A stretch of 64,000 nucleotides of DNA from the NCBI GenBank assembly GCA_040386275.1, contig JAZKFU010000003.1, positions 46,554 through 110,553 on the forward strand, in the 5' to 3' direction. Under the pieces are notes generated by a model, which made no database searches, was not told where the DNA came from, and was given only the letters and a program-made list of their open reading frames with translations. Of this stretch, positions 1 to 9,492 are shown one piece after another. The position numbers and the translations under genes were made by a program. Within the stretch, counting starts at the first letter, position 1. Every line of letters begins with the position of its first letter. The stretch is from Patescibacteria group bacterium (lineage in GTDB: Bacteria > Patescibacteriota > Minisyncoccia > Phycocordibacterales > UBA918).

Positions 1-948
1 TTTACTGTAGAGCTGGGCAATATGAGAACCGGCAGTGACCGCAAGCAACGGTAACGCGAGCGTGAGAATGAGGGCAAAGGCACATAACACAATCAATCCG
101 ACCAAGAAGCCAAGAATACTGACCAGGAGAATCGTAATAAGTAGCGGCGCCATAAACACACAAACAAATCCAATAGCTGTTTTTACAAACACTCCCGTAC
201 GAACTGTACGTGCAAAGGTTTCGATATGACGTCGGAAAATCAAATAGAATGACAGCGTCGCAAATAACGACACCAAAAATGCAACGGCAAGCGAACGAAG
301 TGCCTGGGTGTTATCAGTCTCAACCGTGACATCGTTTTTTACAAGCGCACCCGAAATCGTGGCGCCCGGCGCTCGCACTACTTCACGATCACTGGTGTAC
401 GCAATATCTCCTGTCACGTTGGCCTGTTCACCGAGAGTGAGGGTGTGCACTGACACATCAATACCGCCTTTTACCGGACCATCCACTCGAACACTTTCCG
501 AGCTACCTAATAGCTTTCCATCAATTGCTCCTTCCACAATTAATTCTCCACCGTAAAAAAGGACATCACCTTTGATAGTGGCCTTTGATGAAATATTTAC
601 TTTACCACCCACCACAACCAAGTTACCGTCGATATTTTCCGTAATGGTCACTTGCCCGGCGATAATTCGAACGTCTTCTTTCACGGGAGACTGGATATTT
701 ACCGTACCGGCGAGCACTGCCAAATCTTCAGTTACTTCCCCACCAATAGTGACGTTACCGCCAATGACCGTGGTATCTCCTGTTACTTTACCGGCGAGGG
801 CCACCGTTCCCCCTACTACATAAAAACTCCCCTCAATAGACTGGTTTTCTGCCAAGGTAACTGTTTCTCCCGATCGGACCACTGTATTTGCAAATATCAG
901 CTGTACCGGCAACAGCACCAACAGACAACCCCATATAATATGTTTCAT
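1..948 (-). CDS. Secreted beta-helix repeat protein (bactofilin/DUF4097-like GxVxG repeats) with C-terminal TM helices; 3' end runs off the window
   Basis: Minus-strand ATG at ~948 gives MKHIIWGCLLVLLPVQLIF (signal peptide), then repeated VTGD/VIGGNVTIGGEV motifs and 2-3 hydrophobic C-terminal helices. Not in the ORF track because it is truncated by the window edge. The plus ORFs 35-957 are antisense artefacts. Confidence 0.5.
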   Translation of the reverse strand, partial: MKHIIWGCLLVLLPVQLIFANTVVRSGETVTLAENQSIEGSFYVVGGTVALAGKVTGDTTVIGGNVTIGGEVTEDLAVLAGTVNIQSPVKEDVRIIAGQVTITENIDGNLVVVGGKVNISSKATIKGDVLFYGGELIVEGAIDGKLLGSSESVRVDGPVKGGIDVSVHTLTLGEQANVTGDIAYTSDREVVRAPGATISGALVKNDVTVETDNTQALRSLAVAFLVSLFATLSFYLIFRRHIETFARTVRTGVFVKTAIGFVCVFMAPLLITILLVSILGFLVGLIVLCAFALILTLALPLLAVTAGSHIAQLYSK

Positions 949-1254
949 AGTACCTAGTATTGCTTATTTTTACCTAAAATTCAATCGTCTAGAGCCAGTA
1001 TTGCAGGAACAAGAATACACCGACAACAGCAATTAATGCGAGCACTCCCAATATCAAAAACAACCGCTCCATAGTATTTTCTACGGTGTGTACACTACCG
1101 GCGACTGCAAAAAACTAATTAAAGAGAGCGCAATCACAACTACAATTATAGTTCCCAGAAAAAGCGCCACTCGCGGTCGCGAAAGTTCTTTTTTTCCGGT
1201 GTGCCAATTACGCACAAACAGAAAAGAAAATACAAAGTGCCAAAATGACATAGG

Positions 1255-1581
1255 TTATGATAATTTCTTATACAGTGTACCAGTCAAAGCCAAAATGCTA
1301 ATCCCAAGTATCAACATCAAAAACGGATGTTGATCAAAGAACACAATACTAGACACAATTTTTTCAAACGCTAAAAAGGTTGTAGCCACCCCAAAGGTAG
1401 TCAAAAGCGAAAATAAAATGGGAAATCGCGTCAACACTGACGTACGTAACGGTGCGATGTATCCATCCATGTCTTTGGTAGCTTTAGTAACCACTCCATC
1501 TACAGTCTGTATAGCGCGCCCGGTTAAATCAACACTAGAAGACACCAGGTGAGTTTTGGTTTTAGTAATTGGTTCAAACAT
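1255..1581 (-). CDS. Small membrane protein (2 predicted TM helices), hypothetical
   Basis: 108-aa ORF on the same strand as its neighbours, with hydrophobic helices. Followed by two further short hydrophobic minus ORFs (1081..1251, 56 aa; 989..1072, 27 aa) below the ORF-track size cutoff. Confidence 0.35.
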   Translation of the reverse strand: MFEPITKTKTHLVSSSVDLTGRAIQTVDGVVTKATKDMDGYIAPLRTSVLTRFPILFSLLTTFGVATTFLAFEKIVSSIVFFDQHPFLMLILGISILALTGTLYKKLS

Positions 1582-1584
1582 ACA

Positions 1585-2598
1585 TTATTCTGGATTATAT
1601 GCGCCAAATACTTCTTTACCGCGCTCCCACATTGCTGGTTCATTTTGCAGGAGTAACCAATACCACCATTCACCACCCCAGAGATACTGCGTCGGGTACC
1701 GCGTATCGCGTGCGTACTCTAAAATATCATTGAATTTTTCGACATCCATGCGGGTAAACTGCGTAGCGAGGTCTACTTCAGTCACCGGCGCTACGAGCCA
1801 GGGTTCGGCTGAGAGCTCAATCAAGTAGGTTGGCTTTTCTCCGTACCGCAACGCAATAACTTTTTCCTTAGCGCGGTAAAACCATGGTGGCAAAAATGTT
1901 CTAAATTGACCCAACTCCGGATTCCAAAAATGTACGTACACACTGGTTCCAAACGCATCGCCATGACGATACGCTCCTTCCCATGTACCGAGATTACCGC
2001 TATCAGTGACGAGCACCGGTCTCGTACCATCAAGTGATTTAATTAAGGCGATTTCTTGCTCCAAAAATGCCTCATCCAAAGCGCCACAGTGTTCAAATGC
2101 AAATAGACTAAGGTATGGTTCATTTTCCACTTGCCACATTGTAATAGCAGGACTATCTTTATAGCGATTAATGACCGTTGTCATGTACTCTACAATCTCA
2201 GCCTTTTGAATGTCCCAACTTTGTTCCCGTGCCCAATCAGGCACATGACATTCAGGCCACCGTGGCAAACGTCTGCCTACCGCTAACACGACTGTCGCGC
2301 CAACTTCTTCGGCTTTTATTACCTGGTAATCCAATTCTTCAAAATTATAAATATCTTCACGTGGCTCAATCATCGGCCAGTGTGCCGCGAGACGCAAATG
2401 GCGTATTTGCATTTCATCAAGTAACGCGTCATACGTCTGTTTCCAATCAAGACCCAATTCTCGAGCGTACATAGTATTAAAAGACATACCATAGGTAATA
2501 GTTTCCGGAACCGGTTTGCGCGCCAACACCCACACAATAATACTGAGTACCAGTATCAAAATGATAAGACCAACCACAACCCGTTTAAACCATTTCAT
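1585..2598 (-). CDS. Membrane-anchored glycoside hydrolase, clan GH-A (GH5-like)
   Basis: N-terminal TM anchor. QVENEPY motif (the catalytic acid/base NEP of GH5-type TIM-barrel hydrolases). W/Y-rich. Confidence 0.65.
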   Translation of the reverse strand: MKWFKRVVVGLIILILVLSIIVWVLARKPVPETITYGMSFNTMYARELGLDWKQTYDALLDEMQIRHLRLAAHWPMIEPREDIYNFEELDYQVIKAEEVGATVVLAVGRRLPRWPECHVPDWAREQSWDIQKAEIVEYMTTVINRYKDSPAITMWQVENEPYLSLFAFEHCGALDEAFLEQEIALIKSLDGTRPVLVTDSGNLGTWEGAYRHGDAFGTSVYVHFWNPELGQFRTFLPPWFYRAKEKVIALRYGEKPTYLIELSAEPWLVAPVTEVDLATQFTRMDVEKFNDILEYARDTRYPTQYLWGGEWWYWLLLQNEPAMWERGKEVFGAYNPE

Positions 2599-2649
2599 AA
2601 ATTGATGTTTAAGTATTACTAATATTTAATAAATCATTTAACTCGCAAT

Positions 2650-2768
2650 GACTTTCAGAAACGAGTACAGTGCTAGGCGCGCAAGGACTTTTCTTGTAGA
2701 CGTACTTCTTGTACGGCGGAAAGAAAAGTATCGCAGCGCAACAACGCAATGTGCCGTTTCTGGAAGTC
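2650..2768 (+). repeat. MITE-like intergenic repeat, copy D (short form, ~120 bp) with terminal inverted repeats TTTCAGAAACG...CGTTTCTGGAAG
   Basis: Shares its left end (ctttcagaaacgagtacagtgctagg) and right end (caacaacgcaatgtgccgtttctggaag) with the copies at 5155, 14850 and 18340. Internal hairpin CGTAC-TTCTT-GTACG. Fills the spacer between two minus-strand genes. Confidence 0.7.
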
Positions 2769-2771
2769 ATA

Positions 2772-3704
2772 TCAAGTGAATAAGATGAAATAGCCTGCGG
2801 TAATTACTAAAACATACAGCACCCGCCGCATGACTTCTTTTGGCTTCGCCTCATGAGTGGCGACACTATCGGGCAATAGTGAAGCAAACACAATCGTGAT
2901 TAATAAAATAAATACAAATTTCACTCCATCAAGCGCTTGCACTACCGCCACGTCTCCCAAGTCTGTTGCTTTAAGCAAGAGGAAGGCGGCAACTCCGGCT
3001 AGAATTTTGGCGAGTATCACTAATGCACCGGTCTTTTTAGTAGTTGTACCGGTTTGTTCACGAATTTTTTTGTAGTAGGTAGGGACAAGTAACAGTGAGA
3101 GCGCGAAGAGTACAAAACAGACGCGCGACCAAAAGAAACCATCGTCAAAGTTTGTTTCGAGGAACAAACCCTTCATGGTAATAAAGTGGAGCGCAAAAAA
3201 TAATCCACTGTGAAAAACATGGATGACGTCTTCCATCTTAGGAATGGTTTGTGCTACCAAAAGTGTTCCTAAAGACAGAACTACCACACCCCACATAAAA
3301 TTGGGCGAAAACGCCACATCCAAAAACAAATACACCATTCCGAATGACGAAATGGCCGACACTGCCCCAATCACCGGCATCACGTTTACTGCCTCTGCGT
3401 TACGCAAAGCCGAGTACATCGATACGAGGGCCATAAAAAACGTGTAGGCAGCCAAAAACGACATTGATACCACCTGAATAGTCGGCGACTCAACATTAGA
3501 GAAATGAGGAAACCCGACGGATCGTAACCCGGGAATAAACCCCACCAAATAAATCACCACCCAACCACCAGTTAAAATACACGAATAAAACGCGTAGACG
3601 AAGGGTCGTGGTAGAGCCTTATCGTCAGAAACAATATATTTATCGAGGAATGCCACCAACGCATTAAGGAATTGCCCGAGAGTTGCGAGTAATATCCATG
3701 CCAT
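2772..3704 (-). CDS. Polytopic integral membrane protein (about 9 TM), hypothetical; possible transporter in the glycoside hydrolase locus
   Basis: 310-aa ORF with multiple hydrophobic helices; no recognisable motif. Confidence 0.55.
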   Translation of the reverse strand: MAWILLATLGQFLNALVAFLDKYIVSDDKALPRPFVYAFYSCILTGGWVVIYLVGFIPGLRSVGFPHFSNVESPTIQVVSMSFLAAYTFFMALVSMYSALRNAEAVNVMPVIGAVSAISSFGMVYLFLDVAFSPNFMWGVVVLSLGTLLVAQTIPKMEDVIHVFHSGLFFALHFITMKGLFLETNFDDGFFWSRVCFVLFALSLLLVPTYYKKIREQTGTTTKKTGALVILAKILAGVAAFLLLKATDLGDVAVVQALDGVKFVFILLITIVFASLLPDSVATHEAKPKEVMRRVLYVLVITAGYFILFT

Positions 3705-3711
3705 TATACCT

Positions 3712-4935
3712 CTATTCTACTACAGCATTCGTGATACAAATTTGTTTATACACGTACGCAGAGGAACGAGGGGTTCGCTCTTGCGTAGCGTAATCTACCG
3801 CAATTAATCCAAAGCGCATTCCAAAGCCTAGTGCCCATTCGTAGTTATCAAGCAATGACCAGTACATGTGCCCGCGTACGTCAGCTCCTTTTTCAATGGC
3901 CCGCCAGGTTCCTAACACTTGTCCTTTAATATATTCAGCCCGCATACTATCAGCAGCGTCAGCAACGCCACCTTCTGACACAAACAAAGGTTTGTTGTAG
4001 CGCGCGAGCATCATGAGCGCTGTTTCAATTTTTTCTGGCGCAAAATTCCAATCCATGTCAGTCTTCCGCCAGGTTCTGTCGTCACCAAACTGCGTATAAA
4101 AATAATAATTAAGACCAATCGAATCACAACAGTCTTTCGTGCGATTCATAAATTTGTAGGTCCAATTGTAGTTTGCGATACGGGCTTTGATTTTATTAAC
4201 GAGACTCTTGTTCGCATCAAACACAATTACATGGTGCACAAAACTAACTTCCGTAGTTGGGGAAACTTTTTTAATGGCTTTGTAGGCTGCATTGTGACTT
4301 TTGGCCAAATTTTTCATCACCCGCAAATACAGAAATAACGGATTGATGCCTTTACTCGCTCTTGAATCAAGCATTTTGCCAGAGTTCGTAATAGAAATTA
4401 CATCCGTTACCGCAAAGCGTTTAAATGGAGGCCAACTACCGCGCAACCAGCCGTTACTCGCAAATACATTCGGTTCGTTCATGGTAGAAAAGTGATCACA
4501 AAGGTCACCTAATTGCTCCACTACGTACGCACAATACCGCGCAAAAATTTCGGGTGAATTTTTTTGTTCAAAGCTCCCTTTTTCAGAAAACCATAGTGGT
4601 TGAGTAAAATGCCAAATTGTAACGTAGGGTTTTAGTCCGCGTGCATGTAGGGCCTCGAGCACCTTTCGGTAGTGAACTATTGCCTCTTCATTAAATTTTC
4701 CTGGGGTAGGCTCAATCCGCGCCCACTCGACAGATAATCGGTGTGCGGTGTGGCCAAGCGATTTAGCTAAATCAAAATCAGCTTCGTACCGATTATAGTG
4801 ATCACAAGCGATTCCACATTCAGGCACGCGTCTTGCCCGAGCCGCTTCGGCCCAGTCGGTGTTATCAATACCGCCTTCGACTTGATAACTTGCCGTAGCC
4901 GAACCCCAGTAAAATCCTTCGGGAAATTTTTTCAT
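3712..4935 (-). CDS. Beta-glucosidase, glycoside hydrolase family 1
   Basis: N-terminal FPEGFYWGSATASYQVEGG. TMNEPN (acid/base) and FVSEGG (nucleophile region) motifs. Length 407 aa. Confidence 0.9.
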   Translation of the reverse strand: MKKFPEGFYWGSATASYQVEGGIDNTDWAEAARARRVPECGIACDHYNRYEADFDLAKSLGHTAHRLSVEWARIEPTPGKFNEEAIVHYRKVLEALHARGLKPYVTIWHFTQPLWFSEKGSFEQKNSPEIFARYCAYVVEQLGDLCDHFSTMNEPNVFASNGWLRGSWPPFKRFAVTDVISITNSGKMLDSRASKGINPLFLYLRVMKNLAKSHNAAYKAIKKVSPTTEVSFVHHVIVFDANKSLVNKIKARIANYNWTYKFMNRTKDCCDSIGLNYYFYTQFGDDRTWRKTDMDWNFAPEKIETALMMLARYNKPLFVSEGGVADAADSMRAEYIKGQVLGTWRAIEKGADVRGHMYWSLLDNYEWALGFGMRFGLIAVDYATQERTPRSSAYVYKQICITNAVVE

Positions 4936-4944
4936 AATTAAATG

Positions 4945-5035
4945 TTTCTCTTCTTACAGAAGCTGTACACCTTGTCAGTATTTTTTACAAAAATACTAGG
5001 CAAGGTCTTGCGAAAGTGCCTATGCACTTTCTCAC
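4945..5035 (+). repeat. Hairpin element core, copy A (same family as the tRNA-linked elements)
   Basis: cttcttacagaagctgtACACCTTGtc-agtattttttacaaaaatact-aggCAAGGTcttgcgaaagtgcctatgcactttc aligns with the tRNA-linked elements at 41634-41710 and 58001-58066. Flanked by an ~18-bp direct duplication of the GH1 start region (4917-4934 vs 5049-5067). Confidence 0.65.
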
Positions 5036-5154
5036 CCCAATAGAATTCTTCGGGAAATGTTTTTTTCAACCCGTTAGAAATTTGTTTGTCCATATGAATT
5101 GTAAATAAGTCTAACAGATTAAATCATTTTAAATATTTGTCATTATACCCTAAA

Positions 5155-5380
5155 GACTTTCAGAAACGAGTACAGTTCTAGGTGAGAAGTGACTCAATGT
5201 CACTTCGCAAGACTCATTGAGAGATTTTACAAAAATATCCAATGAGTGGACAGCTTCTGTAAGAAGGGCAAGGAAATTGTACAAAATGCGGTCCAGCGAT
5301 TTTCCTTAGGAGGAAAAATCGGGACATAAATTCAGAATAATCGCTTCGCTCATTTCTTCATTTGCCATTTGTGAAAGTTC
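5155..5380 (+). repeat. MITE-like intergenic repeat, copy B (long form, ~225 bp) containing an inverted copy of the hairpin core
   Basis: About 85-90% identical to 14850-14960 over the first ~110 bp, homologous through ~aattcagaat. Internal segment 5172-5262 is the reverse complement of element A. Hairpin GAAGTGAC-tcaat-GTCACTTC. Confidence 0.75.
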
Positions 5381-6012
5381 TAGACTAGACTAACAATCAT
5401 TAAGGTAGCTGCCACCAAGAATAATGAATACTCTACCACAGACACCCAATTTGGACGTAAATACCAGTAGATAATCCAATCATCCACCCCAAATCTAGTG
5501 ATGTAGTCCTGTAATTCATTTTCGGTCCACGACACCATAAAGCGTAATTTTGTTTCTTCAATCGGTAATTGTTTTAAATACCCACCGTCTGCGAGCATAG
5601 AACGTAAACGATTAGCGCGGCGTCCAAAAAATTTGTAATGACGCGTCGAAAGTGGCCACAGCAATTGAAGCCCCCAGCCAGTACCATATAAATCATTTAA
5701 TAAATGGAGCGTCACGGCGAGCACAATAATCAATCCCCAAAATCCGCCCCACAGAAGTACTGGTGTAAAAATAAGTAACGAAATGATTGGATAATGCAAA
5801 AATGTCCGGTGGTCTCGGGTGTAGCTGGCGTCAGTACTGACTTTCCCTCGTTTTAGTATCTCCGGAATCGCATCAATATCAGGCAACATCGCAAGCGGTA
5901 GCCCGATTAAAAAATACCACCAGAGTGGTTCGATATCATAGACAGCACACGCAATCAACACTGCAAAAATTCCATTCGCAAAATCCGCCAACAACGCCAG
6001 AATTGATTTCAT
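5380..6012 (-). CDS. Membrane-bound metal-dependent hydrolase-like protein (DUF457/YdjM-like)
   Basis: 210-aa polytopic protein with LAMLPDID and HLLNDL histidine/aspartate motifs, reminiscent of the YdjM family; weak call. Confidence 0.45.
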   Translation of the reverse strand: MKSILALLADFANGIFAVLIACAVYDIEPLWWYFLIGLPLAMLPDIDAIPEILKRGKVSTDASYTRDHRTFLHYPIISLLIFTPVLLWGGFWGLIIVLAVTLHLLNDLYGTGWGLQLLWPLSTRHYKFFGRRANRLRSMLADGGYLKQLPIEETKLRFMVSWTENELQDYITRFGVDDWIIYWYLRPNWVSVVEYSLFLVAATLMIVSLV

Positions 6013-6064
6013 ACTAAAAGTATAACAAAAGGCGCGCTTTGTGGGCGCACCTTTCCTTTATAAC

Positions 6065-6484
6065 TTACACCCAGGCAATTTCACCTAAGTCTTTAATCAT
6101 CGATACACTGGAAGAATCTTCTGATGAACGATCAGGTCTGAAACGATGTGCCGGCACCATTCTGCCATTCCGGATCAGTTCGCCTGCGACACCTTTGGTA
6201 TTCTCTACCCAAAAGCTTACCGGTTCAGTTCCTACTCGAACCATCACAAACCTAGTCCGAAGCACTTTCCGATACCGCATCTTATGCAAGCCTGATGCAA
6301 AAAAGAGACGATACCCACCATCATGGCCATGACCGTGCCAACCCATCACTTGGAGACAATGCCAGTCTTGCATAAAGCGCCACAGTATTGGCACCCTTTT
6401 AGACACCGCTGATTTGTCAGCCGAAAAGGTCACTGCCGAAGCAAAAGGTACCTTATCGTTTACCTCTTCCCACCATAGTCCCAT
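6065..6484 (-). CDS. Hypothetical protein; possible degraded metallophosphoesterase fragment (WHGHGHDGG)
   Basis: 139-aa ORF with no clear domain. His-rich GHGH segment only. Could be a gene remnant. Confidence 0.25.
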   Translation of the reverse strand: MGLWWEEVNDKVPFASAVTFSADKSAVSKRVPILWRFMQDWHCLQVMGWHGHGHDGGYRLFFASGLHKMRYRKVLRTRFVMVRVGTEPVSFWVENTKGVAGELIRNGRMVPAHRFRPDRSSEDSSSVSMIKDLGEIAWV

Positions 6485-6531
6485 TTGAATATCCCCTTGA
6501 TGTTTCTAAAGGAATTAAACTACAAAAAACA

Positions 6532-7263
6532 TTAAAAATCAAGGGTGGCCAAGAAATTAACCGGCGCTAAGTTTTTAAGCCAGACGGTATACAATTCTTT
6601 AATCGCCACTACATCCTTCAGATTATAGAGAGCAATATCACGAAATTGTTTTTTAGAAAACAAATTTGCTACTAGCGTTCCTCGTATCCCATCTAGATTC
6701 GGGCTGGTGATTCCATATGAGCGGCACAAGAGGTGCAATGTTGGTCGGTTACGCATCGCACCGTACCAGGTAAGTTCATCGAGCACATCAATATGATACG
6801 GCATTGATTGCTGAGTCAGGTAGCGATATTTCATTAGCTCTTGAGTCGGCTGAATACCATGCGAAAGCGAACGATGGATAATGTACGGCATAGCAAACGC
6901 ACGGCCGTTAAACGTAACAAACGTGTCGTACTCACGCGCCCCTTCCCAAAACTCTTCCAAGAGTGAGGCTTCTGAACGATTTTTTAAAATAAAGTCTCCC
7001 ACCACTTCGTCTGATTCCCCGCCAGTACCGACATAATACACAGCCCCGTGGGCTCGTTCCAAATCGTATACTCCTAAAGCCACAATTCGTCCGGTAAACG
7101 GTGACAAGCCTAGTTCGTTTTGCACAGTAGTGAGTAACCCCTCTCGTTCTTCGTTAGTGCGTACCTTACGGTCAATCCATGCACGCAAACTGTTTTGGGT
7201 AACCGCATCCAGACTATCCCACGATTCGCCCACTGTTTCTATATCCAAGATAAGTGTGCGCAT
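6532..7263 (-). CDS. RNase H-like 3'-5' exonuclease (PolB exonuclease-domain-like, COG3298/YprB family)
   Basis: N-terminal MRTLILDIETVGE, the acidic Exo I motif typical of DnaQ/PolB-exo-like folds. Confidence 0.55.
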   Translation of the reverse strand: MRTLILDIETVGESWDSLDAVTQNSLRAWIDRKVRTNEEREGLLTTVQNELGLSPFTGRIVALGVYDLERAHGAVYYVGTGGESDEVVGDFILKNRSEASLLEEFWEGAREYDTFVTFNGRAFAMPYIIHRSLSHGIQPTQELMKYRYLTQQSMPYHIDVLDELTWYGAMRNRPTLHLLCRSYGITSPNLDGIRGTLVANLFSKKQFRDIALYNLKDVVAIKELYTVWLKNLAPVNFLATLDF

Positions 7264-7273
7264 ACTCCATAGT

Positions 7274-8050
7274 TTAGAGGGCCACTGGTATCGCTACAAA
7301 ACAATTAAGCAACATGTCTCGTTCGGGAGAGAGATAGTACCGATACACACCCCCTACGGTAGCCCCGCCACATTCATCAGTATCAATACTTGAGGTTTTG
7401 CCAAACAACGTTAACCCGTCAATCGTGTAGCCAATCAACGTACTTTCCCCACTACCACTATACGCAGCCACGTCAGAGTTACGAATCGGCATTCCCGTTG
7501 GTGAAACCGCCACAATATCCGACGCAATACAATCAGTCACTCCCAAATCACCTGACCGGAGTGGTAACGTAAAGACAATGGTAGGACTGGTGGTTGTAAT
7601 AGTGCTCGAGGCATCTCCCATGACAGTTTCCATTTTAGAAAACGTACGTTGTCCCGCTGATTCACTGTAGAGTAATCCACCGGTTAATTGCGGCACATTA
7701 ACTGCTCGATAATTTGCACACAACTGCACGGTTGCGACTGTTTCTGGCTCTGTTTCCTCACTAGTGGTAGCAGTCACGTCAGGTTCTGTATTTACTTCCT
7801 CTGGAGTGGGCGCTAGCGCCACATCGGTAAAGGTTGATAGTTTCTTGCGTAACGCTTCTAATCGGCTTTGTTTATCATCAGTCGGAGTGCCGATTTCTGC
7901 TGTCATGGTTGCAGTTTCAGTCCCAAACAACATCTCTCGATAGCTCGTAGTTGAACTACCGTCAGCGGAAAACCAAAGCGTCAGCACAATACCGGCAAGC
8001 AAAAACGCCAGCAATAAAATAAACAAAAAGAAATTCCGCGTCCGTATCAT
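7274..8050 (-). CDS. Hypothetical membrane-anchored secreted protein (T/S-rich)
   Basis: ORF 7274..8098; likely start at MIRTRNFF, followed by a TM anchor. No known domain. Confidence 0.45.
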   Translation of the reverse strand: MIRTRNFFLFILLLAFLLAGIVLTLWFSADGSSTTSYREMLFGTETATMTAEIGTPTDDKQSRLEALRKKLSTFTDVALAPTPEEVNTEPDVTATTSEETEPETVATVQLCANYRAVNVPQLTGGLLYSESAGQRTFSKMETVMGDASSTITTTSPTIVFTLPLRSGDLGVTDCIASDIVAVSPTGMPIRNSDVAAYSGSGESTLIGYTIDGLTLFGKTSSIDTDECGGATVGGVYRYYLSPERDMLLNCFVAIPVAL

Positions 8051-8109
8051 AGTACTATCATAACAAAGATAGCGGGCTTTGCCCGCTATCGTATCCACCT
8101 TTAAGGAAG

Positions 8110-9390
8110 TTACTTAATCTTTATTTTAACCAATTGCTCCACTCGCCTAATATCAGCTAACAATGCGCCTCGATTAGTGTTACTCATATATAAATTAAAG
8201 ACTGATTTACCACCATTTCGAGCAAACATTGCACGGTCACCAATTTTTTTATTGATTTCAATTTTATAAAACGATTCTAATTGTTCAATTTTTTTTATTC
8301 CCGTCATTGAAGTAATGACACCCTCTTTGGGTAAAAACCATTTCATGTACACAGCGGTGCCACTACATTTTTTTGGTATTTTTGGCTTACGAGGAATGCG
8401 AATTAAAATATCATTGAGTGGGTGATCAATATTACAACTAAGAGAATAGAGCTTATCTCGTGCACCGCCCATACGTGGACCAACTTCAATCACTTTAAAT
8501 TCCCCATCGATTTTCATTAATTCAGTGTGCGCTGTAGTACTTCGCAACCCTAAGGCATGAATAGCAGTCTCAGCCACCCGCTCAGCGCGTTCTATTGTAT
8601 CTCGCTTTAATATAGTGGGGGTCATCTGTTGATAGCCATAAAAATCTTGATGTCCAATATCTTTACCGGTTTTTACGCGCACTAATGGCAAATGATATAC
8701 CCCACCTCGTGAATTAACATAACTATCAATGGAATAGATATCCCCCTCCATATATTCTTCAGCAAGAAGTTTAGGCTCTTCTAGACGCTTATCTTTTTCG
8801 TAGGCTTTTCGAATTTTACGAAAACAGGTCGCTAGTGCTTTCTTAAGTTCATCTTCGTGGTAGCAAATTGAAACAAACAAACTACCCGACAAATTTGCCG
8901 GCTTAATTATCATGGGAAAACCAATTTTTTCAATGAGGCGTTTACTTTCTTTTTCAGAAACGTCTTTAATGAGTGTAAAACGAGGAGTCATTTTTGGGTC
9001 GTACACTTTAAAACGCTTACGCATTTCATATTTATCAGTGGACCATGACAAAGAATCACTGGTTGGTGTCCGCAAATACGGCACATGAGGAATAATTTTT
9101 GCAAACCGGGCAATATTTGTTTCAGTACGACAGGTTATTGCGAGCAGTTCATCTTGGTATGGAAAAAGAGCTTCGCTAATTTTACTTGGTTTTGTAAAAT
9201 CTATTTGTAATACAATATCAAAACGATCTGCATTTACCGGTAGCGGTGTTTTATTGTCCCAAATTAACATCAATCTATATGCAGTTTTGGTATCTTCGGC
9301 GTATTTTTTAAGACTGCGTACAGAAGAACCGTGAGCACTCATCACAAAAGCTATGATATTTTTTAAATCAGCTTTTTTCATAGCGGTCAA
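8110..9390 (-). CDS. ATP-grasp family carboxylate-amine/thiol ligase
   Basis: MIIKPANLSGSLFV, EEYMEGDIYSID and VIEVGPRMGG segments match the ATP-grasp central and C-terminal subdomains. AT-rich (~38% GC). Confidence 0.7.
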   Translation of the reverse strand: MTAMKKADLKNIIAFVMSAHGSSVRSLKKYAEDTKTAYRLMLIWDNKTPLPVNADRFDIVLQIDFTKPSKISEALFPYQDELLAITCRTETNIARFAKIIPHVPYLRTPTSDSLSWSTDKYEMRKRFKVYDPKMTPRFTLIKDVSEKESKRLIEKIGFPMIIKPANLSGSLFVSICYHEDELKKALATCFRKIRKAYEKDKRLEEPKLLAEEYMEGDIYSIDSYVNSRGGVYHLPLVRVKTGKDIGHQDFYGYQQMTPTILKRDTIERAERVAETAIHALGLRSTTAHTELMKIDGEFKVIEVGPRMGGARDKLYSLSCNIDHPLNDILIRIPRKPKIPKKCSGTAVYMKWFLPKEGVITSMTGIKKIEQLESFYKIEINKKIGDRAMFARNGGKSVFNLYMSNTNRGALLADIRRVEQLVKIKIK

Positions 9391-9492
9391 TAATTAGGAA
9401 ATGAAGGTTAGAGAGTGGGAAGTTTGCTTTTTTTGCGCTCCCAAATTTGATTTATAATACCACATATGTTATAAAATAGCAACATTTAACCT

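Noticed and set aside
35-957. Plus-strand ORFs 35..229, 308..556, 572..823 and 652..957
   Set aside because: All lie antisense within a single long minus-strand ORF whose product has coherent beta-helix repeats and a signal peptide. The plus ORFs are S/T/P-rich antisense artefacts.
6039-6332. Plus ORF 6039..6332 (97 aa)
   Set aside because: S/T/P/R-rich, overlaps the minus ORF 6065..6484 which matches the local gene orientation. Neither has strong support, and the minus one was kept at low confidence.
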